A DNA stretch of 53,544 nt from a virus (taxonomy: Duplodnaviria > Caudoviricetes): the IMG/VR virus record IMGVR_UViG_3300028025_005543, positions 1 to 53,544 of that record. One strand, 5' to 3'. The notes beneath the pieces were generated by a model that searched no databases, had not been told where the DNA came from, and worked only from the letters and a program-made list of their open reading frames with translations. Below, piece by piece: positions 37,407-49,400 of the stretch (position 1 is the stretch's first letter; each line of letters starts with the position of its first letter). The position numbers and the translations under genes are program-made.

Positions 37407-40400
37407 CTATTCTGAACGGAACTTCTCAAATTCCTCTGCACTAATTCCGAGTTTGTCAAGCAACAGTCGAATCTGGGCTGGGGTGATTGTTAATGGGCTT
37501 TTTCCACGTGAACCACTTGCAGAACGCGGATTATTAATGAAGTTTTTGGCGGCAGATATTGAAGGTCTGCGACCAGTTATTTCAGCAATTGCCTCTACTA
37601 CTTTCTGTGGGAATCCGCGTCTACCTCTTGCTGAGTCAAATGCTTGATTTTTGAAAACATCGGCAAGTGGCATGCTGTCTGTTCGTCTTGGCTCAGGAGC
37701 AACATTTAGTTCTTCTGGGCTGTAAATATCGGCACTGCGCTTATTTGACTTCTTTGCCTTGAGAAGGGTGTCAATCTCATCTGCAGTAATTCCTTCTGCA
37801 AAGATTCTCCTCCATGTGTCACGACCGAATATCTTGGCATTTTCTCTTGCACTTGGCGTGTTGCCTCTTGAAACTGAGTACACCGGTGCATCGGGGTCAA
37901 TTCCAACCTCTTCAAATACTGCCCTTGGGTCAATGTATTTCCGCTTACGGCTTGTTCTTGGACCTCTTGCACCCGGAACATCTGGTGCTGTATCTTCAAC
38001 ATCTGGAATTTTGTCGTAATCAGTAATAGGGTTGCCTGATTCGTCATAGTAGGCAAGGGGGTCATTATTTACACCCCACAATGTTCTGTCTTCACCAGCA
38101 ACTCGTATCCGCAGGTTGTCAAGCAAGTAAATATCGCTTGTTCTTGCACCTGGTTTTCTCATTTTTTTCGCAACAGCGACATCAATACCAAGTTCATCAG
38201 CAAGTTGGGCATCAGACATACTTCCTCTGTCTGTACCACCGAACTTTTCGGCAACCCTAGCAATGATTGGTTCAAAACCCCATGAGCGACCACTTCTTTC
38301 ACCTTCAAAGAAGATGTCTCGCTCAATCATGTCAATCGGGTTCTTTTGGTCTCCCCGTGAAGCAAAACCATATTCCGAAGCATCTGGACCACTGCGACGC
38401 TTTCCTGGGCGCTTCTTTGAGCGGAGTCTGTCTCCATCTGCAAATCGCTGACGGTCTTCAGGAGACCAACGCGCCTTGGGGGTGCGAGGACCTTTGTCGC
38501 CACGAGATGCTAGACCACCGCCACGATTCATGCGAGATTCAGAAATCATTTCATCATGAAGTTTTACAGCTCTATCCAGCGCCCATTTTGGTGGTGGTGC
38601 ATAGCGGGAACGTTCATCTTGCATATCATTGACGATTTTGTCTATGCGTGGCTTGTATTTCTTATTAAACTCGTCATTACCTATGATTTCTTTCATTGCA
38701 CTTGAGATGTATTCTAGATAGGCGCCAATTTCCATTTCCGTATCTTCAAATGCATCAGAACTTGTTCTATTTTCGTTATATTCAACAGGCATCCTTGGTG
38801 TTGCAATTTTTTCAAGTTTTGAAACAGAACTTTGAGCATCACCCCGTGAAGGGAAACCGCCCCTATTTCCACGTAGTGTCATTCTGTTCAGTGCATCCCA
38901 CTGTCTGTCGGACAGTTCGCCATTTCGGTCGTACTGTGCAACGACGCTTCTCGTGAACGGGGTGTTCATTCTTCTTGCAATGGCAATGATTTCGTTCTTC
39001 TCTGGGGTGCTGAGATTCATTCTGCTTGCAAAACCATCCTCTGGAGATGGCTCTTCAGGCATCATGTCTTCTTGTTCCATTAAGTAGTCTTGAGCGGCAT
39101 CGTATGCCCAGTCCATTGCATCAAGTTCATCTGGGTCCATTGAGTCACCACCAGAAGCAAAGCCACCCTCATAGACCTGACCGTTTTCATCAAGCAATGA
39201 ACCAGTTTGTGGGTGGTCAAATGCTTGAGCCCATACGGTCTTGTTTTCATCACTTAGCATTGAAGGCTTGAGCGATGCTTGGTATGCAGTTTCGCCAAGT
39301 TCATCAGCATAAACATTGTCCCATTGACCAAGAACTCTGGTCTTGCCTTTGTCCTTGCCATTGGTGATGATTTGCTCTGCTCTTACGAAGTATGTATCGC
39401 TTCCGCCGTCGTAGCCAACGATTACTTGCTGGTTTCTGTTGACCGGAAGAACCATTTCGTTGTTACGCTTCTTCGCTCTTGTTCCAGAAATTGCCATAAG
39501 GTTTCCACGGCCAATTTGAGAGAGTGCTGTTCGCATGTCAAACTCACTTGGCTCGTATCCACCTGGTGTTGGCCAGTCTCCACGTGATGCAAAACCTTCA
39601 ACGGAAACTACTGGTTCGCCAACAACGGCGATTTCTGGTGTTTCAAATTCTGCCTTTTCACCATTGGAGAACTTACTCTTTGCATTTGGTGAAATATCCA
39701 GAATGTAATTGACGGCTTTTTGTGCATCAGTCATTGCTTTCTGAAGGGCATCTGGGTCTTGCTTTAGAGCCTTCAACCATGATGCAAGGTAAGGTCCATG
39801 ATTTTCTTGAATGTCTGGCTCAATATTGTGAGAAGACATGAATATGGCCGAAGCGATTTCTGCTACAAGTTCTTCGTAAGCATATTCAGGTGTTCCAAAT
39901 GCGCCCATCTGCTCTCTGTCAAGACGACCCTTGCCACCCGTCCAGTGCATCAACTCATGGCCTACTGTTGAGTAGTAACTTCTAGCATCATTGAAATTCT
40001 CAAAGTTCGGAACTTGGATAAAGTCACCGCTTGGTTGGAAGAACGCTCTGTCTCCACCATTTTTGATAACAGCAGGAATTTCTGAAATAGTTTTTTCTAG
40101 GTCAGCAACTCGTTCTGCTTCTGGAAGGATTTCCTTCTTGTCAAAGTCAGCTGGCATTCCATCAATCTGTTTAAGGTTGAACACTGTTGCAGCCTTAAAA
40201 ATGATTTTGCCTTCACCCATTGTTCCGTCGGCTTTTTCTTTGCCTTTCATGAACATTGGAACAAAGATTTGTGTTCCTTTTTCGCCCTTGCGAACTTGTC
40301 CGCCAAGACCCTGCCACTGGTTATATGTTGCCCACTTATTGGAGTCGTAACCTTTTATGTCCGACATTACGGACAAGAAGAACCAGTTAGAACCTGAGTA

Positions 40401-43400
40401 TTTTTTACCAGTTGCACCGTTTTCTGGCATTCCGGTTCTTCTCCATGGGAGTTTCCATTTGCCAAGATTTTCAGGGTCTTCTAAGGCATCAATGAGTTGC
40501 TTTTGCATATCTGCAAAAACATCTTCCTTTGTCCTTCTCTTTACACCGCTCTCTCCTCTTGAAGCAAATCCACGAGGGGTCAGTCCAATGACGTCACCAT
40601 CTGAATATCCTCCAAGAATCGAGAGCGGGTCAACTTTTGGGCGGTCGCCGCCAGTCTTTGGGGTTGCACCATCAAGAATGTCTTGAGCGAGTATTTCTTG
40701 CATCTTTCCTGCAACCAATGAATTCGGCTCACCATACTCATTGGTTAGTCTGTAACCAGCAATACCTTCTTTTGAAAGAGCATCTTTCGCTCTTTGCATT
40801 AGATTGTCGTACTCTGGGTCGCCAGAATTTGCCATTTCAGCAAGCCTGCGTTCTGCAGTCATTCTTGCTCTGTTCTTAGGAGTGTTTCTTAAACTTGGGT
40901 CACCTGTTCTTCTTGGCTTTTTAGGACGAGATGGAATATTTCCATATCTGTCAAAATCAACTCCACCTGAAGCCAATCCGCCAGTCCTTTGGTTGGAGCC
41001 CTTAATGATATTCTCTATAATTTCTCTGCGCTTATTCTCAAGGTCAGACGCTACTGCAGCCATCTCAAAGGCATCCATGTTCTTTGCAAACAGTCTTTCA
41101 AAATCTGTTTCTGAAAGACCCAAGTCAACAAGCATGTCATCAATTTCTTTTTCGCTCATTGTTGGGTTCATTTCCTCTGCTTTTTGTCTTGCCCAGAAAG
41201 AGTAGTCATCGCTGGCCCTCTTGAGGTCTCGTTCAAGGGTAATCAAATTTGCCTTTGCCTCTTCGTCGTAAAGTCTTCCTATTTCATCGTCAATTTCTCC
41301 CAATGATGCACCATCTCGTTGCATTTTATTGAAATATGCACGATTATTGTCAATCATGTCGTCGGCAACTCTTCTTTTTTGACCTCTTGTCATATTGGAC
41401 CACGGTACAGTATTGATTGATGGCTTATATTCAGCCGAATCAGCCCAAACTCCACCCCCAGCTGGTGGAAGAACTCTGTCAAGAGCATTAAAGATTGAAG
41501 GATTTCTATCAAGTTCTGTGTCAAGAAGGGTCATAGGGGCATCTGGATTGAATGCAGATGTTTGACGTGAAGCGAATCCGTCCATTGGTTCTTCGTCCAT
41601 ATAGTCATATTCTTCGGGCATGTCGGCAGCAAGTTGGTCAATTGACCGCTTCATTCTGCTTACATAATCTTCTGCTTCACTAATATCTGTTGAATCGCTT
41701 TCAAGAGGATTGTCAATTAGTGACTCAGCAGTTAAGAATGCTGCTCCGTCTAGACCGTATGCGCCAAGTTCTCTATCGCTTATGCCGAGAGCATTGACTT
41801 CGTCTCGTAGACTAGAGAATGCATCCATGAGCGAATTAGAACGTTCCTCACGGAGTTCTTGTGCCCGTTGAGCCCAAAACTCGTACGCATCTTCAATGCT
41901 TGGTGCTTCTTCATCAAATTCATTAAAGTATGCTTCCATGACCATTTCGTCATTCTTGGCTTTGTCTTCAGGACTGTAACCAAATTCTCTTAAATCGTCG
42001 TACTCTTCATTAAGCACACCACCTGAGGCGAAGCCATCTTCAAAGTCTGCTGGTTTTCCGTCCGGACCAACCCAAAAACCATTTTCGTCTTGGGTTTGGA
42101 CTATTCTCTTGCGCCTTGGCGATGAAGGCTTGGCGAATATTCTTGGTCCGTAGAACTCAATCAATTCATCAATCCGTTGCTTTCGCTCTTCTGGGTCGGT
42201 GATTTCAGCAAGGGCTTCTCTGTCATCAGAGTGCATTCTTGAAGGAACGATTCTTTGACCAGTACTGCTCTCATTGATTGATGCACGTGAAGCTAATCCG
42301 TCTTCAACGCTGTAATCCATTGGCTCACCATCACGGTCCATGTTCCCAATTGGATTTGTTGCATTGCGTCCAGCCGCTCTATCTCTTGCTCTTTGGGCTG
42401 CGAGTTCGCGTCCGTATTCTGCATCGTCTGGCGGTGGTCCAAGTCGACCTGAAGCGAATCCATCACGACCGTTTCGTCGTCCATTTATCTTCTGAATATC
42501 AGAAGTCGTGTATGCGCGCTTGTTGTAGTTTGTTGCCCGACCATTTTCATCAAGGTAGAAACCATTTGCGTTTGTACGATTGGTGATTTTTGGATTTGAC
42601 CTCTCGCCCATATCACCCATTGAGTAAAACGCTGATTCAGGGATTGCTGTTTCTGTTCTGAATTCAAAGTCGTCGCGCACTCTACGAAGAGTTGCTCCAC
42701 GACTATCAGATGCTTCAATGTCGTCAACTACAGACTGTGGAACATTCTGGTAAACATAGAATTCTCCGTTGCCCTTGCCGTCACGTCCACGATACTCAAC
42801 TCGCAGTTCACGCTTGTCTGGGTCGTATTCAACACGGTTGAGTGCGGCGCTTGAGCCAACATCAATTTTGCGGTAACCCATACCAAGTTCTTCTGCTTGC
42901 ATTTCCATCATTGCAATCTGACGGTCGTCATAGGCTCGTGCTTTTGCATCAGCAGTAATTTCATCTGCTGAAGTGCCTGTACCAGCATTGATTGCTGAGT
43001 CAACAGCACGTGCAAAATAAGCACGTTGTTCTTCTGGTCCAATCTTGTCCCAGTGTGCATCAACTTGTGCTTCGTATCCACCAGCACCGAGGTCGTCTTC
43101 TGCGCCTGGAGTACGCTCCATTCTGTCGTTTGCCCCAGCGCGTCGAACCGACTTTGACGCCTTCAGTCTGTTGATTATTTTGCCCTTAGAAGAAGCCGAG
43201 GCAAGTTCATTTGCCTCATCTGCTGTTACACCTTCGTAGATATAACTTCCAGCAGCATTTCCGTCTTTGTCCTTGAAAGTGACAACGAGTTCTTCTGCAT
43301 TTGGGTCGTAATACGACTCGTAAAGAGCAGCACTTCTGCGAACATCAATGTCTTGAATTGCCGATGAACGACCACCAGCAGATGGAGTCATATCTCCACG

Positions 43401-46400
43401 ACCATTGATTGCATCAACTGTTCTTGGGTTCGTTACTTCAACATCGTAATTTTTCTTTACGTCATTGATTACACGACCAATTGAGTTTGAACCACGAACT
43501 TCGTTGTCAAAGTAGTCTGCAGGAACACCAGAGTAGGTGTAATACCTTGCTTCACCACCAGTCTGTCCAGGCTTAAATGCAACATGGAGTTCACCGGTAT
43601 TGCGGTCGTAGTGAACTGCCTCAATCGCACTTGAGTTTGGAGTTTCAAAAGTATCAAAGCGTGAACCGCCACGTGATGCAAATCCAGACCGTGAATTTCT
43701 GAGTGTTTGACGTGCAGTTTCATCTGCGCGAGCATTTCTTCCACCAAATGCTTCTCGTGCTGTAAGTGGGTTTGTTCTACCTTCAAACAATCTGTCTTCT
43801 GGGTAGTTTTCATTCCAATCAAGTTCATCAAATGGCTCTGGAACACTATTGAGGTCTGATTCTGCTACTTTATAATTTTCTTCTTCTCTGCGCAGGCTTT
43901 CATCAAGAGCAGTGCGGAGAAGTTTTTTTGCTCGCTCATTATTTGTAGTACTTGGGTCTTCAAGAAGCGATGCAATCTCATCTGCATCTGATTCAGAATC
44001 AAAGGCTCCATACTTGTCTGGATTCGTAAATGCTCTTAAATCATCAAGAATGCTCCTTAATGAACCAGCCTCGTCTTCAATGTCTTCTTCGTCACTTATA
44101 GAGTCAACGCGATTCAAAGATTTTTCAATATCTTGGAGTTCATTCCATGATGCAGAGTAATCATCCATCCATGATTTCATCCGTGCATAGTCATCACGGT
44201 GACCTTGAATCAAGCCATCAATTTCTTCAATTGCACTATCCATGCTGTCAAGCATGTTGTAATCATCTTCGTCAAAATTTGGATTATCAGTACCACCAAG
44301 AACATCGTAGATATCTGTATTTGGGGTAATGGTAATACCGTTTGCTTCTGCAATTTCCGTAGCAATTTCTCGACGTTTTTTAATTAATTCTGTTCGTTGC
44401 TCCATGAGATTGTAATAGGCGCGCGGGCCATACGCATCATCAAGGGATGCCATGTCACTTCCACTTATGGTGGTCAGTTTCGCAACATCTTTTTCGTAAT
44501 CTTCAGTTGATTTACGAGCTCCACGTGATGCAAGACCGAAGTCCTCTTCACCTAGCGTGTTGGCATCATCTTGATTCTTTTCTCTCTTGAGAACATCTTT
44601 ACTCAAAGAAGCCCTCATGGAGTCCATGGTTTTTCTGGCTTCTTCGTAATCAGAGTAATCCGCACTCATTGGATTCTTGATTATTTCTTCAACATAGGCA
44701 AACTCAGAACCGTCGTAAGCCGTTCCTCTACGCTCAGTCGTGGTAAAACCTTCAGCCAAAGCTTCCATCTCGTAAAGTTCCGAAAGCATCTCGTCGGTGT
44801 ACTTTTCGCGTGTGGTTAAACCTCTTCCATCCCACTCTTCTGCAGCCAACCGAAGTTTTTCGTCATCGCTGTATGTATCGCCATCAAAATAGCCATCTGC
44901 ATCTAGTTCGTCAACGAAATCTTTTTGAGTTTGACGGTCAAGTTCTTCATATCTAAAAATTGTAGGAATGTCAAATTTACTGATTCTTACAGGTTCTCCA
45001 AGACCCATTGCAGCATCGCTACTGCGTGAACCAAATCCCATGTCTCCAGCATCACCAAAATCGGCGAAGTCTGGGTGGAATTCTGGGTTCTGCTGGAGGA
45101 AGTCGTCGTAGTCAAAGCCGCCTTCTTCTAGTTCATTCTTAATTCTTGCCCAGTCTCCACGACCGTTGAGATAGTTCTCAATTGACTCATACAAATCTTC
45201 TTGTTCTTTGCTTGTCAAATCATTGTATGGACGCATTTCTGGTGTCGCATCTCCACTGGATGCAAAACCATTCCTAAAGTAAGGTCGCATGAGGTCTTGG
45301 TTTTCTTGCACGAATTTGTTTTTGCCGTTAGCAAATTTTTCAAAATCACCCCACCAAGTCCATTGAGGTGTGACGCGTGTGTCGCCATCATCATCAACTT
45401 CATATTCAATTTCACCGTTGATTGCTTCTTTAGCAAAATCTTCAAGTTCTGTAATGAAATATTTTCCGTCACTGCTCTTCTTGCCTGTATATTGTTTGTT
45501 TCGGAACGATTCTTCTAAAACGCGCAATGCACTAGGAGCATCATCAAGCATATCCAAGGTTTGCATATGCTCATATCGGGTTCTGTTTCCGTCCCCAGTA
45601 TTAAGGTCACGACTCCGTCTATTTGCACTATTGGTTATTTCTACGATTTTATTTCGAGATTTTCTAAATTCATTAATAAAATCACTTTGTGGATTATCAA
45701 GAATTGATTTGATTTTTGCAAATTCTTCGTCAATGGCATCTGCTTCTTCTTTTGTTAATAAGCCATTGTTGCGTCCTTCAGATACTGCATCCGAAGATTC
45801 TTTTATTCTTCTGAATAAATCTTCTTTACTAACACTGCTGTATCGCCAATCCCGTTCGCCACTTTCAATTAACTGTTTGAATAAATCTTCATCCTTTAGT
45901 GCTGGTGTTGCAACATATTCAATGCCATCTATCTCAAGAATGAAAGAATCTTCTCTTATATCAAGACCCTTTTCATCGTCTATCTGTAGAGCCACATTGT
46001 CGGCAGCAGACTTATCACGCTTCGCTATGTATTCCTTGATGTCGTTGATTATTTCTGTTTGCACTTTTTCAGGGATATTGTCCCATTCATCATCGGAAGT
46101 TGCATCGTAGTCTGGTTCTCGTTCGTCAAAATCAAAATACGGGTCTGAGTCTGGGTCGTACATTCCATCTCTGAACGAAGCAAAACCCCTATCCTCACCA
46201 CGTGAACCAAAACCATTATCCTCAAAAGGACTCATCTTGTCAATGGTGAATGTCTTTTTTACACCCTCTGAATCTTGACCAACCATGTTGACTTTGCCCG
46301 TTTTTGGGTTTTTAAAAGTCTGGACTGGGAAAACTTCTCTGTTCTTGCCGTTGTAATTGAATCTAAGTGTCTGACCGTTGTATCGTGCATCGTTAACTAA

Positions 46401-49400
46401 TTTTTCGAGTGCATCTGCATCAGCAATTTGTTCTGCCGTTGGAGTGACAATTGATTCTTTTCCAGCAGAAACCACTGGTCTCGCACCCGGAGCAATAGTG
46501 TCACCAGTCCGTCTACTATCAACAAAACCACTTGGCTTTTTGGCAGCATTCTTTTTCTTTTCTTTATCTGCTCTATTCTTTAGAACACTCCACTGCTTGT
46601 CTGAAAGGCGCCCACGCTTTCTATAATCCCCCAACAGTTTCTGAATGAATTCATCTGATGAACCATCAAGGGTGTCAATGATTTCTTTTCGCTCTTCAAG
46701 CGATAGACCACCGCCACTATAGGTCGCTGTTGACTCTGGGTATCTCCGGCGACCACCACCGCCACCGCCAACTTCTCTAACTATGCTGAAACCGTCTCTT
46801 GTTGCATCATAGATTCCGTCCCCATCTTCAGCAGCAAATCGTATTTCGGTCTGACCGTCGGACATCACGACATAGCCATCACTTGAAGTGCCGTCTGGGT
46901 TGGTTCGGTATGAACGTGAACCAAATCCAATTTGACGTTCGTTGTAATCATCAGCCGCTGCTTCAATGTAGTTATCGTAAGCAAGAGCCATTGCATACAG
47001 AGAGTCTCCGTCTGCTTCTTTCAGATACTCATCGTGTAGAGCGTCGTTGTTCATCCAGTATTCAGTAACATTTCGTGCATCGTCTTCACGTGCACCGTTT
47101 GCTTTCAAGGCTTCGATTGCTTGCTTTTCAAAGTCTTTTGCATATCCATATTTTTCTGGATTTGCTTCAAAGTCACCTTGTGCAACTTCTGGGTTATAAT
47201 CACGTGAACCAGGACGCTCGCTTCCTGGATTGTTCTCAAAGTATGCCTGCTCAATGTCAGACTTATCGTCATCAGATAATTCATCGTATGAAGACCACCA
47301 CTTACCAAGTGATGCAAATCCATCTGTTGCATTTTCTGCGTCTACCATTGCATCCGTTAGGTCGTCTAACTTGTTCTCGTGTTTACGAATCTGTCTGGTA
47401 GTTGCATTTGCTTCACTGCGAGTCATTGCATAACGTTTCATCAAGGTTTTCTTGAGTTCCTCGTCATCCATTTGGGTGTAATCCATGAAATAATCGCCGT
47501 ACTCACGGTCAAGGAAGTTTTTGAATTCCTCTAACTCCTCTAGTGGCGTTGGTTTTTGTAGCGATGGTGGAAGACCACGTGAGGCAAAGCCGTCACGACT
47601 ACGCATGTAGTCTTCGTAGTCTGGTTCAGGAATGGTGTCCTCAACCATGTCATCGTAGTAATCTTCTTCTAGTTGTCTGAAGAACTTAGAAAGTATTTCG
47701 TCACCTGCTTCGTCACTAATAGTCTTGTCATCAGACAAGTACCTATTATGCAAATCTTCAAGTTGGGAGTCACTTAACTGACTTCCGGTTCTACTGTTGT
47801 ACTTTTCCAACTGGTCAAATGTGATGTCTGTATCAAACTTGACTTTGTCAGTCAACCACTGTTCTATGTATTCATCACTGAGTTCTTCATCATCTGGCTC
47901 AATTGACCTTCTAGGGTCACCCCAAAGTCCATCTCCACGCGATGAAAGACCACGGGCAGAATCTCTTCCTTGTTCGAGAATTGAGTCTTGTTCATCTGCC
48001 GACAAACTGTCCCATCTTGACTTCTCTGTTTCAAGGTCTGCTGGATTTGCAAGGTCAGCAAACTCTTTGTCAAGTTGACCATAGAAGCCTTCTTCGTATG
48101 ATGCAAAAATATCTTCAGCATCTGCCTGCAACCCAGAGTCCGTTGACCAGTCGCCTTCTGGCAACAAATCGCCAATTCGTTCTGCTGGTGAATCGCCAGC
48201 CCATTCACCACTAAGCGGACCGCCGGTTCCATCTTCAAGAAGATATGCAACTATTCCGTTTTCACGAATAAAGTCTTTATCTTCATCACTTAGATTCTTC
48301 AGATTGTCTGCAAGAATCTGCGCTCTTCCTGATGCAATATCTGAACCACGCTTGCGCGATGCATCAATTCTGCTTTGTTGTTCTGGGGTTACATCTCCAC
48401 GGCTACTAAAGCCACGCTTTGAGCGATTTTTTTCGTATTCAGCGAGAAGTTCTCCGTATTTTGGTTTCTCGTAGCGTGGATTGTTGCGACCAGTAAAACC
48501 ATATCCGGGACGAAGGTCTTCTGGAGCATTTCCTTCTTCCAAGATGTCACGAACTCCACTGACATCAAATGTTTCTCTACCAGTTGATTCCGTTCTCTTT
48601 GGTGGAACGAATTCTTTTCCGAACTGATTCTTGTATGCTTCGCGGCGTGAGAATTCATGAGAAATCTTAAAGAGTTCTCCATCTGTTGCTTCTCTTGCAG
48701 AGCCAGTTTGTCCACGTCGAGCAGCAACAAGTTTCTGTCCTTCTGCACGGAGACCCTCTTCAGACATGTCCCAATACTTAGCAAGTCCTTCATTTTCTGG
48801 TCGGCGATTAGCAAGGAATGAAATATCATCCATTGTCCGTGGTTGAAGTTCGCCTGCAGCAAGTGCTTCTTGGCGCTCTTGACCTTGAAGAAGACTTGGG
48901 TCTTTCGTTGGCTTCTTGCCGGTTCTAATTGTTGGCTTGTCAAGAAGTTCAGATGAATTCCTCTTCTTTCCACCAACTTCTGGCAAGTCCATGTCTGGCT
49001 TCTTGATAGGAATATATGGTCTTTGGAATGCAGTACCGTCTTGTGCAAATCCGTCGTTGTCACCGTCAATTGCATACGGGTTGAACGACTGTGCAAGGGT
49101 TCGCAGGTTTCCTACGGATTGACCAATCGTTTGGCCGATTGCTTTAACTGCATTCTGAAGCGCATCAATTGCTTGTGCAGAGATGCTTCCATTAACAATG
49201 ATTCCATTGTCAGAGTCAGTTGTTGAGAGTTTATGGTAATTAAATACTGGCTGGAGCATGCTCTTTGCTTGCACCATATGAATTTGAGGAATTTCAATAA
49301 GGTGTGCATATGCAGACTTGCCAACACCAACTTGACCACCAAGCATCGTGTTCATTTCATCTTGGTCATCATCACGGTATGGAATTTGCTGTGGTTGCAT

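Noticed and set aside
38352-48413. GFASRG copies read as a CRISPR array or DNA repeat
   Set aside because: Only ~15-18 nt, synonymous codon variation, irregular spacing, all in frame within one ORF, and no cas genes
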